Shown one piece after another: positions 1-9,414 of a stretch of DNA of 64,000 bases. Each line of letters starts with the position of its first letter. Position 1 is the first letter of the stretch. This DNA is from a virus (lineage: Duplodnaviria; Heunggongvirae; Uroviricota; Caudoviricetes), in IMG/VR virus record IMGVR_UViG_3300021399_000097, one strand, 5' to 3'. A program made the position numbers and the translations under genes. The notes under the pieces are model-generated. The model had not been told where the DNA came from. It searched no databases and worked only from the letters and a program-made list of their open reading frames with translations.

Positions 1-22
1 TCCACAGATTGTATTTTTTCAT
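1..22 (-). CDS. 5' start of a small early ORF running off the window (MKKYNLW...)
   Basis: ATG at 22 preceded by an AAAGGGA RBS and by the promoter at 58-86. Confidence 0.45.
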
Positions 23-57
23 TTTTTTTAATCCCTTTCTTTTTCCTTTGTGAGTCT

Positions 58-86
58 ATTATAGCATGAATTGCCCGGTCTGTCAA
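58..86 (-). promoter_or_regulatory. sigma70/sigmaA-type promoter with extended -10 and A-tract UP element
   Basis: Minus strand TTGACA-17 nt-TATAAT, TGc before the -10, A-tracts upstream of the -35. Confidence 0.9.
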
Positions 87-135
87 GAGTTTTTTTTGTA
101 TTTTTTTATTTTTTTAGGTGAGAGGTTTTACCCTC

Positions 136-276
136 TCACCACCAGATTTCTTCAACCTCTTTCTTTTCCATCAGCTCACCGTTGAGCTTTTCAAGCTCTC
201 TCACCTCTTTTGCAGAGAGGCGGCAGGCGCCTGTGCGGTAACCATTTGCGAAGATGTAGAAGAAGTATTTTTTCAT
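136..276 (-). CDS. 46-aa hypothetical protein (MKKYFFYIFANGYRTGACRLSAKEVRELEKLNGELMEKKEVEEIWW), paralog of 799-927
   Basis: Manual translation; RBS and promoter 312-340 upstream; TGA stop. Below the ORF-track cutoff. Confidence 0.75.
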   Translation of the reverse strand: MKKYFFYIFANGYRTGACRLSAKEVRELEKLNGELMEKKEVEEIWW

Positions 277-311
277 TTTAGGAAGTTCCTTTCTTTTTCT
301 TTTGTGATTAC

Positions 312-340
312 ATTATAGCACCGCCCGGCCGATTTGTCAA
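312..340 (-). promoter_or_regulatory. sigma70/sigmaA-type promoter, extended -10
   Basis: TTGACA-17-TATAAT on the minus strand, TGc extension, upstream A-tracts. Confidence 0.9.
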
Positions 341-386
341 GCATTTTTTTTGATTTTTTTAAAAAAATTTTTTACAGGGTGAGGAC

Positions 387-728
387 TCACCGCACCCTGT
401 AAATGTAATGGTTCCAATAAATTTGACGTTTTACCACACCGAGACGGCAGTAAATGTTTAACAGTTCGTCAATCTCTTTCCGTAAAGATTTATCACTCCA
501 CAAATCTAAATTATAATTTTCTAAATAGTATTTATGAATCTCATCAAAATCAAAACATCCTGCAGGATGTAAGCCGTCACTATCTTCAAAACCATAGGCG
601 GCAGGCAGGTTTTTTGAATAGGTGAGAAATCCCCAAAATCTTTCGCTGTATTTAGCTTTTGCAAAAGCGCAAACATACACAATCCCAAAAATACTAAGAG
701 CATACCAAAAGGCTAATACTTTAAACAT
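387..728 (-). CDS. 113-aa hypothetical protein with N-terminal hydrophobic (membrane/signal) segment
   Basis: ORF track; promoter at 762-790; hydrophobic N-terminus MFKVLAFWYALSIFGIVYVCAFA. Confidence 0.7.
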   Translation of the reverse strand: MFKVLAFWYALSIFGIVYVCAFAKAKYSERFWGFLTYSKNLPAAYGFEDSDGLHPAGCFDFDEIHKYYLENYNLDLWSDKSLRKEIDELLNIYCRLGVVKRQIYWNHYIYRVR

Positions 729-761
729 TGTTTATCTCTCTCTTTCTTTGTTGATAGTGCT

Positions 762-790
762 ATTATAGCACGTTTTGCGCTTCCTGTCAA
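762..790 (-). promoter_or_regulatory. sigma70/sigmaA-type promoter, extended -10
   Basis: TTGACA-17-TATAAT on the minus strand, TGc extension. Confidence 0.9.
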
Positions 791-798
791 GACTTTTT

Positions 799-927
799 TT
801 ATTCTCCGCATCTATCCATGGTTGTCAATTCACCATGAATTGAGTTAAGCCGTTTTAATTCCTTCACATCCAGTTTGCACGCATACCACACAAAACCATC
901 GGCAAACACATACTTATAATAAACCAT
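799..927 (-). CDS. 42-aa hypothetical protein (MVYYKYVFADGFVWYACKLDVKELKRLNSIHGELTTMDRCGE), paralog of 136-276
   Basis: GGAG RBS, ATG at 927, TAA at 799-801; clear similarity to 136-276. Confidence 0.7.
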   Translation of the reverse strand: MVYYKYVFADGFVWYACKLDVKELKRLNSIHGELTTMDRCGE

Positions 928-977
928 TGTTGTCTATCTCCTCTTTGTTCTATCCTATTGGATGAAGTGCAGAGCGT

Positions 978-1265
978 TTAACGCTCTACACTGTAACCAC
1001 TGTATTGACTCACAACAATCACATCATCATAGATGCTTGTTGTGTTGTTGTCGTCCATCACCATTGACACAAAGTCGCCAATCTCATAATCTTCAACACC
1101 TTCAAACTCCCACAGGTTGCCTGTGGCATCCTCAACAACCACAACATCCGCATCTCTGTCTATCTCATAGACAACAGCAGTTTTTGCGTAAATGTCAGCA
1201 TTAGCGCACAGGGCGAAAATCCCAAACAGGCAGACGATAGCAAGAATAATAGCAATGTGTTTCAT
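978..1265 (-). CDS. 95-aa predicted exported acidic protein (signal peptide, ANA|D cleavage-like site)
   Basis: Start moved to the ATG at 1265, behind an RBS and promoter 1300-1328; N-terminus MKHIAIILAIVCLFGIFALCANA. Confidence 0.75.
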   Translation of the reverse strand: MKHIAIILAIVCLFGIFALCANADIYAKTAVVYEIDRDADVVVVEDATGNLWEFEGVEDYEIGDFVSMVMDDNNTTSIYDDVIVVSQYSGYSVER

Positions 1266-1299
1266 TTTTTTTAATTCCTTTCTCTTTGTTTGTGAGTTC

Positions 1300-1328
1300 A
1301 TTATAGCACAGGTTTTCAAATCTGTCAA
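1300..1328 (-). promoter_or_regulatory. sigma70/sigmaA-type promoter, extended -10
   Basis: TTGACA-17-TATAAT on the minus strand, TGc extension. Confidence 0.9.
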
Positions 1329-1596
1329 GGGGGAAAATGTACTTCCATCAGTAATTTTTTATACCACCTTGGTTGATTTTTGCAGCGATACTCCACCGAG
1401 ACTGCCGGCACCAGTTTCACCGCGGTGGCCGCCGGCTCTATCCCGTCCAGAGCATCCGCCCCATTACTTAGTTAATTAAATGTTTAACAAAGGTCGGCCC
1501 CTCGGCAGAGCCGGCGTGCCCGGTCAGCACTTTGTTAGTTAATAGTCTGTCAATGTTGCGTCCTCTGCCAAGAGTAAGAAAGAGGTAGAAGATTCT

Positions 1597-1767
1597 TTAC
1601 TCCTCTACCTCTATCTCTACAATGTGCGCGCTGTCGGCACCTGCGTTCATAGCTTCCTTTGCCACTTCTTCGGCTTTGTCGCGAAAGACGTAATACCTTC
1701 GGTAGGTCCTGCCGTAGCGCACTTCTCCACCTTCTTGAAAGTTAATAGTCAGCTCATAGATCTGCAT
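1597..1767 (-). CDS. 56-aa hypothetical protein (MQIYELTINFQEGGEVRYGRTYRRYYVFRDKAEEVAKEAMNAGADSAHIVEIEVEE)
   Basis: AAGGAG RBS, ATG at 1767, TAA stop; manual translation. Confidence 0.7.
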   Translation of the reverse strand: MQIYELTINFQEGGEVRYGRTYRRYYVFRDKAEEVAKEAMNAGADSAHIVEIEVEE

Positions 1768-1824
1768 GGTATTTGCTCCTTCATGTATTGATAGAATAGT
1801 CTGTTAACAATAAACTACTGTTTA

Positions 1825-1998
1825 TTATTCTTTTACTATTGGTTCTTGTCCTCTGTTGAGCTTTCTTGCTATCTCGCAAGCCTGTTCGCGGCTCTCCGCC
1901 CACTCCCAGAACTTAGAGGACAGGCACTCATAGTGAGAGATGAAATAGCGGCCATCGCACGCGCGCACGACGTTCCAAGTAGGGATGGTTCTTTCCAT
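1825..1998 (-). CDS. 57-aa hypothetical protein (MERTIPTW...)
   Basis: GGAG RBS before the ATG at 1998; promoter at 2030-2058. The longer ORF-track start would overlap the promoter. Confidence 0.7.
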   Translation of the reverse strand: MERTIPTWNVVRACDGRYFISHYECLSSKFWEWAESREQACEIARKLNRGQEPIVKE

Positions 1999-2029
1999 TG
2001 AATTAGTCTCCTTTGCTTTTTCTACTGGT

Positions 2030-2058
2030 AGTATACCACAACAGCCGGCTCTTGTCAA
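2030..2058 (-). promoter_or_regulatory. sigma70/sigmaA-type promoter, extended -10
   Basis: TTGACA-17-TATACT on the minus strand, TGg extension. Confidence 0.85.
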
Positions 2059-2493
2059 TTGTGTAATTTGCACAAAATTTGGTTACATCCTGACAAATCT
2101 GTGTCAATGGTCGCCCCTGCAGATCCAGCTGGTCTGTCCGTCGGTGGCGGACAACCACCGTTGCGTTTCTTTTAATCACTGAATGTGATGTTCCGGGTGA
2201 TTAGCAACTCGCGTTGATTAGGCCACTTTTGTTGAGAATTTTTTGCGAGCATTTACTCACGCGAAACTCCGGCCGCATCAGTAGTCAGCGGCCGGATGTT
2301 TGGCCGGGCTTATGAAGGAGGGTGCCTTTATGCCGCGGTATGTCTCGGCAATACGTTTAGCAGACGTTTACCCAAGACAATAGGGGGGCGGGGTATTTTC
2401 GGGAAAAATTTTTTTTGAAAAAAATTTAACAACATGATGTGGCCCAAAAATCTCCCAAATCAATTTCCGATTTCCCCTCATCCCTTTCCTTCC

Positions 2494-2859
2494 TCACAGC
2501 TCTTCAACTTCAAAATAATTCTTTAATAATTCAGCCAATACATGCCTATGGCAAAACTCTCCTGTTTTCTCATAGCAACATAAAACTATATCTTTTCCAC
2601 CACTAGCTTTCTCAATAGCTTCTGCCAGCATCTAACTATTAGCAAAGCCTCGCGCATGTAATTCTTCCACATACCTTTTTGCAAAAGTATTATCATTAAT
2701 TCTACCTGCTTTAAAATCCGCAATTAGTCCTTCCCCAGGAGCTAACAACTTTTCATTAGGAAATTTTAATCCTTTAAAAGGATACCTTGTAATCCCCAGT
2801 ACCATTGCATCCGCAGGAAACTTTCTCCAATTGCCAAAATAACTTGTATATACTTTCAT
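2494..2859 (-). CDS. DUF488-like protein, 121 aa (1 TAG=Gln)
   Basis: N-terminal VYTSYF; C-terminal IVLCCYEKTGEFCHRH lies beyond the TAG; TGA stop. Confidence 0.75.
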
Positions 2860-3116
2860 AACATCTCCGCTAACTTATCAGGAATCTCAATACCAAGAGC
2901 TTCAAGAGTTTTTGCAGCCAGCGCATAATTATCCTATGCTATATTTTTACCTGCCTTGCGCAAACAAATATACTATCCATCATCAGTATTAAGCGCAAAG
3001 AATTCAACTTCATCATTTACATTTAATCCAAATCTATCTCTCATTCCTTTTGGAATGCTAACTCTGCCTAAAGAATCAATTTTTCTGGTTGTATTTTCTT
3101 TCGTTAACACCATCAT
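2856..3116 (-). CDS. AbrB/SpoVT-family transition-state regulator-like protein, 86 aa (2 TAG=Gln)
   Basis: TRKIDSLGRVSIPKGMRDRFGL..DEVEF swapped-hairpin motif; ATGA overlap with the next gene. Confidence 0.85.
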
Positions 3117-3150
3117 AACATTATTCCTTCCTATACATTTTACTAAAAAT

Positions 3151-3179
3151 ATTATACCATTTTTTTTACATTTTGTCAA
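3151..3179 (-). promoter_or_regulatory. sigmaA-type promoter for the AbrB-like and DUF488-like genes
   Basis: TTGACA-17-TATAAT on the minus strand, TGg extension. Confidence 0.85.
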
Positions 3180-3197
3180 TTTTGTGTAATTTATTCC

Positions 3198-3226
3198 TTG
3201 ACTTTTTAAAAAATTTTCGGTATAAT
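3198..3226 (+). promoter_or_regulatory. sigmaA-type promoter at the head of the morphogenesis operon (divergent from 3151-3179)
   Basis: TTGACT-17-TATAAT; GGAGG RBS before the TTG at 3253. Confidence 0.85.
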
Positions 3227-3252
3227 GGTAATGAAATGGAGGTCGGTACAGT

Positions 3253-4296
3253 TTGATAAAACTTGATTATACACTTGATTCTCCAGAAGCAAGGAATGAA
3301 TTAGTAAAACAAATACTTGAAGATAATCCGGAACCTAATGAAAAATATCTAGAAATTTTAGCTGATTATCTAATTCTTTGTATGGAGAAACAAGAACGTA
3401 AAGAACGAAAAATCCTTACTGATAATCGTATGACGACAGTAAATAAAAGAGAAACCTCCTTTGAAGGGCTAGTATCCCAATTTGAAAATGGTGAAGATGG
3501 TATATATAATTTAATTACAGAAAATAAGAATATAATTTTTTAGCCAAAAGTAACGATAACAAAAAGAGATTTAGAAGAAATACCATAGCTCCGCCAATTG
3601 CGCGAAGCTATTTCTATTTGGGAAGAAAAACTTAAAACTGCTACTGGGCATGAAGCTTATATTATTAAAAACACTTTAATTGAACTACGAAAAGATTAGT
3701 ATGTTATTAAAAATGCTTATCGTCGTCCAATTGTCTTAACCAAAATCATTCATTCAAAAAATGTGCCTGCACTTGATGGAGACATTAGTATTGATGAAGA
3801 TGGTAACTTAATTTCTTCTGGTATTACCCTTACAAATCCAGCAGTTTGTTCAGCTATCTTATGTAATTATTCAAAATTGAAAGAAGATAGTTGGGGTTAT
3901 TTTGAAAACGATATGTGGTGTCTAATTTATGATTTTGAAACAGTATGCGATAAAGCATTAGAAAAATATCCTTTATACAAACGTATTATAGAATATAAAA
4001 TTGATGGACTCCAAAATATTGATATTCAAGAAGCCATTCAAGTGGAGTTTGGAATTAAACATAGTGTTGAATATATTTCCAGTCTCTGGCGCAACAAAAT
4101 ACCTGCGCTCATTGCTTCTCAAGCAGAAGATGATTACTTAAATTGGTATTATACTCAAGTTGAAAAAGGAAAGTATAAAAAATGCAGTAGATGCGGTCAA
4201 ATTAAACTTGCGCATAACAAATATTTTTCTAAAAATAAGACTAGTAGAGATGGCTTTTACTCCATCTGTAAATGCTGCCGAAATAAGAAAAAATGA
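3253..4296 (+). CDS. 347-aa putative DNA-binding protein (HTH-like segment plus C-terminal CxxC..CxxC Zn finger); 3 TAG=Gln
   Basis: Two ORF-track fragments share one frame and join through TAGs; KCSRCGQIK...SICKCC. Confidence 0.75.
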
Positions 4297-4379
4297 CCTT
4301 GGGCAGAAATGATTAAGAGAAAAAGGAGATTTTTACATAATTTTTGAAGGCAATAAAAAGCCTTTAAGGAGGTAGTAAA

Positions 4380-5618
4380 ATGCCAAAAGAGAAGAAAACA
4401 CGCTATTGTCAAAAATGTAATAGAACTAAAGATGAAAGTAATTTTTATGGGTCAAATAATTTAGAAAAATATCCAGAAGGTAAATTAAATCTTTGTAAAG
4501 AATGTTTGACAATGCATGTTGATAATTGGAATCCAGATACTTATTTATGGATTTTAGAAGAATGCGATGTCCCATACGTCGCAGAAGAATGGAACAAATT
4601 ATTGGCTTCTTATGCAAAAGATAAAACTAGTGTTACTGGTATGACTATTATAGGTCGTTATCTTTCCAAGATGAAACTCAAATAGTTTAAAGATTATAGA
4701 TGGAAAGATAGTGGATTCTTACAAGAAGTCGCCAATAATAAAATGGAAAATGCTATGAAAGCACAAGGATATGATGCGCAAGAGATAGCAGAAGCTATCG
4801 CAAAAGCAACTATTCCATTGCCGGAATAGCCTGTTCCAGATGATGAAAATTATTTAGACAATCATGGTTATAAAACAGAAGTCCCTAATTATTTTGATTA
4901 GTTAAATGGTATTAAAGAAGAGGACACAACATTTGATGATTCTCTCACCGATGAAGATAAATTGTATCTTCGTATGAAATGGGGCAAGACCTACCGACCA
5001 GAAGAATGGGTTTAGTTAGAAAAACTTTATACTGATATGGTAGAGTCTTATGATATACAATCTGCGGGACATATTGATACATTAAAAATGGTTTGTAAGA
5101 CTTCTTTAAAAGCAAATCAATTATTAGATATGGGTGATGTTGAAGGCGCCCAAAAGATGGTAAAAATGTATGATATGTTGATGAAATCTGGTAAGTTTAC
5201 AGCAGCACAAAATAAAGCAGAAAAAGGTGAATTTGTTGATTCATTTTCTGAACTGTTTGCAATTTGTGAAAAAGATGGTTTTGTGCCGCGATACTATACC
5301 GATGGTCCGCAAGATAAAGTTGATAGAACTATTTAGGATTTATAGAAATACACACGTTCATTAGTTACTGAAGAAATGAATCTTGGTAATTTGATTGAGC
5401 AAGCAGTTAAACAGATACAAGCGGATAAAGAGAAAGAAGCAATGCGCGACGCAGAAGCAGCTGATGATGATGAAGCATTTGAGGCTGAACTTTTTGATGA
5501 AGATTAGAAATACCTTGAAGATGAAGACTTCTTACAATTGCGGCAGATGGTTGAAGAAGACGCTGCAGATGATGAAGATTTTCTTAATTCTTTAATAGAT
5601 GATGAAGATTTAGTATAA
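4380..5618 (+). CDS. 412-aa protein with N-terminal Zn finger and acidic C-terminus; terminase small subunit candidate by position only
   Basis: YCQKC...CKEC; continuous frame through TAGs to a TAA that overlaps the terminase ATG (TAATG). Confidence 0.7.
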
Positions 5619-7375
5619 TGGCATTACAAGATTTATTAGATTTATCTACTACTAAAAAGAAAAAGATAGGTATTTCAGAAGAACGTTTAGAACCATTGAA
5701 ACCTATATTACGTCAATATCTTGCCTATTGGAGAGAATATCCTGATATGTTTATTGATTTTTTACAAGGTGGAGAAAAGGGAGTTATCCCTGACAGTGGT
5801 TTAAAGTTTTACTTTTATCAAAGAGTATTTTTAAGAACTGCTATGCGCTATAAGTATGTCTACATGGTTTTCCCTCGTGCATATTCAAAATCTTTCTTAT
5901 CTGTTTTAGTGTTAATGTGCCGATGTATTTTATATCCTAGAGCAAAATTATTTGTTACTTCTGGTGGTAAAGAGCAAGCCGCTGGCATTATAAAAGAAAA
6001 AGTTGAAGAACTTTGCACTTTAGTGCCAGCTCTTGATAAAGAATTAGACCATCGGCCAGGACGAACGCGAATAAGTAAAGACTACTGTATTTTTATGTTT
6101 AAAAATGGGTCTTACTTTGATAATATTGCGGCTACTGAAAAATCAAGAGGTAAACGTCGTCATGGCGGACTTGTTGAAGAGTGTGTTGGTGTTGATGGTA
6201 AAATACTTTCAGAAGTTATTATTCCTACAATGAACGTTTCACGACTATGTATGGATGGAACTATGTAGCCAGATGAAACATTAAATAAATCATAGATTTT
6301 TGTTACTACTGCTGGATGGAAAGGTAGTTTCGCTTATGACAAATTGATTTAGCTATTGGTTTGGATGATCACTGAACCAGAAAAAGCTTTCGTCATGGGA
6401 GGCACCTGGCGCATCCCAGTGTTAGTAAAATTACTTGATAGAACTTTCTTACAAGACCTTCAACGAGATGGTACTTATAATGAAGCATCATTTGATAGAG
6501 AATATGAAAGTAAATGGTCTGGTACTGCAGAAAATGCTTTCTTCAATGGAGAAGTATTTGATAGGCATCGTGTGTTAAAACAACCAGAGTATGAGTTTTC
6601 TGGACGGTCATCCTCACAAACTTATTACGTTATTTCTGTTGACGTAGGTAGAAAAGGTTGCGATTCAGTAGCATGTGCTTGGAAGGTCACACCATAGTCT
6701 GCGGGACCTGCTATTAAATCATTAGTTAATATGTATACTATTTCTGATGCTCATTTTGAAGATTAGGCAATTAAACTAAAACGTCTTTATTATAAATATA
6801 AAGCACGTAGAATGGTTATTGATGGTAATGGTTTAGGTATTGGTTTAATTGACTATATGGTTAAACCATAGAATGATACAGAGACTGGAGAACATTTTCC
6901 AGATTTTGGCGTTTATGGTGGAACTCAAGAGGATGCTGCTGAAGAATATAAAAAGTTCCGCACCAATGAAACAGAAGAAGGAGCTATTTATATCTTTAAA
7001 GCAAATGCGCCCATCAATTCAGAAGCACATGCGAATGCTCAAACTCAAATGAATGCGGGAAAAGTAAAATTACTTATTGACGAACGTATCGCTAAAGTAA
7101 AACTATTAGATACAGTTGCAGGTAAAAAAATGTCCCCAGAAAAAAGGGCAGAGTATTTAAAACCATTTACCTTAACTTCTATTTTAAAAGAGGAAATGGG
7201 AAATCTTCGTGAAGAAAATGAAGGAATTAACATTATCTTAAAATAGGCGAATAAAGGTATTAAGAAAGATAAGTTTTCTGCTTTTGAATATGGATTATAT
7301 TATATAAAATTAGAAGAAGAAAGTAAGAAGAAGAAGAGAAAGTTTAAAGTTACAGATATGCTATTTATGAGTTAA
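5618..7375 (+). CDS. terL: Terminase large subunit, 585 aa
   Basis: Walker A-like FPRAYSKS, Walker B-like GLVEEC, SQIFVTTAG (Q=TAG), nuclease motifs ISVDVGR, IDGNGLG, KDKFSA. Confidence 0.93.
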
Positions 7376-7388
7376 GGGAGATGAAAAA

Positions 7389-7745
7389 ATGCGCGCAAGC
7401 AGAGGCGAAATAAAAATTGAAGAAATCTTAATTGATGCGGATTTAAATTTTGAAGAAGAATATATTTTCCCTGGACTTCGTAGTAGTAATGGGAAACCTT
7501 TGCGGTTTGATTTTGCTGTTTTTGATGACGATGGCCATATTGATTTTTTAATTGAATATCAAGGAAAATAGCATTATGAACCAAGTGCCAAATTTGGTGG
7601 AAAACGAGGGTTTTACCAATAGCAATATAATGATAATAAGAAAAGACGTTTTTGCGCTTTATAGGGGATTAAATTAATTGAAATCCCCTATACTGAAGAA
7701 AATCTAATTTCTTATGATTATATTATGAAAAAAGCTGGATATTAA
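7389..7745 (+). CDS. PD-(D/E)XK/Vsr-like endonuclease, 118 aa
   Basis: LRFDFAV...IEYQGKQHY (second Q=TAG)...LIEIPY. Confidence 0.85.
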
Positions 7746-7757
7746 GGAGGTGGAGTT

Positions 7758-9395
7758 TTGGATAAACTCAATACAGAAAATACCAAACAAGACACCATCC
7801 ATGCAAAAGGTTTTGATTTGTTTAATTTCAATTATGCAAATCCAGATAATGTACCAGCTGATGTAGTTGATTACAGTAAGATTCGTGTAGGCGTAAAACA
7901 ATTAGAAGATGCAGTTTTAGAGTTAGGAACTTTAAGACAAGCAAGACTTCCTTTTTGTAATAAAAGAGATATAATGCGAGCTATTGTTGAACGTGATTAT
8001 AGACGTTTAAGATAGATTTCTGATTTCTTTTATGCGGCCAGCGGTATTTATCAAACAGTATGCAACTATTTCGCATATTTATATCGGTATGACTGGTATA
8101 TTTATCCAGAAAATGTAAAAGATTCTGCAAAACCTGAAAAAGTTATTGAAGAATATACAAAGATGTTAAGTTATTTGGATAGCTCTTATATCAAAAAATT
8201 ATGCGGTGACATAGCATTAAAGATTGTTAAATATGGATGCTATTATGGTTATATTATTGATTCTACAAAAAGTATTTAGATTCAAGAATTACCTGCTGAA
8301 TATTGCCGTACTAGATATTCTGTTGCGGGAAGTCCTGCGATTGAATTTAATATGGCCTTTTTTGATGAAAAGTTTGTTGATGTTACTTATCGCATGAAAG
8401 TAATTAAAATGTTCCCAGAAGAGTTTGCTAAAGGATATGCTTTGTATAGGCAAGGGAGGCTTGCGCCAGATGAAGAGTTTGCTAGTATAAATTCTGAATA
8501 TAGACGCAGTTATGGTTGGTATTTATTAGACCCAGGTTGCACAGTAAAATTTAATTTAAATGGTAGTGATTTACCTATTTTTATTAATGCGCTTCCTGCG
8601 ATTCTTGACCTTGATGCAGCTCAAGAATTAGATAGAAAAAAGCAAATGTAGAAGTTGTTAAAGATTTTAGTTCAAAAATTACCAATGGATAAAAATGGTG
8701 ATTTAATTTTTGACGTAGATGAAGCAAGAGATATTCATAATACAGCAGTTGCAATGTTAAGACGTGCTGTTGGAGTTGATGTTATTACTACTTTTGCTGA
8801 TGTTGAAGCAATTGATATTAGTGATAAAAATACAACTACATCAACTGATGATTTAGAAAAAGTTGAACGTACAGTTTATAACTCTCTTGGTGTTTCACGT
8901 AATTTATTTAATACTGATGGTAATTTATCATTAGAGAAGTCTATTTTAGATGATGAGTCTACAATGAGAAATCTATTATTACAATATGAAATCTTTTTTA
9001 ATCGTATCGTTGATAAAAAGAGTGTTAATAAAAAGTTTAATTTTAGATTTTCAATGTTAGAAACTACACAATATAATTATAAAGATTTATCTAAAACTTA
9101 TAAAGAATTAACAGCTAATGGACAATCAAAGTTCTTACCAATGATATCATTGGGTCATTCACAAAGTTCTATTGTTAATTTAGCTTACTTTGAGAATGAA
9201 ATCCTTGACTTACCAACTCTTATGGTTCCTCCTCTGATGAGTTCAACGATGAGTGGAGCTGATTTGTTGGACATAAAAAGTCAAAAAAATACAACGAAAA
9301 GTCAAACTACATCAGAAGGCCAGTCTGGTCGTCCTGAAAAGCCTGATGATTAGAAATCTGAAAAAACAATTTAGAATAGAGAATCTATGAGTTGA
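7758..9395 (+). CDS. Portal protein, 545 aa
   Basis: Lies between terminase and protease; size fits; single frame through TAGs; C-terminal GRPEKPDD tail. Confidence 0.8.
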
Positions 9396-9414
9396 AAGGA
9401 GGATTGATTAACAA

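Noticed and set aside
118-2182. Plus-strand ORFs 118-318, 962-1204, 1192-1479 and 1985-2182
   Set aside because: Antisense shadows of minus-strand genes that have promoters and RBSs; no RBS and implausible composition.
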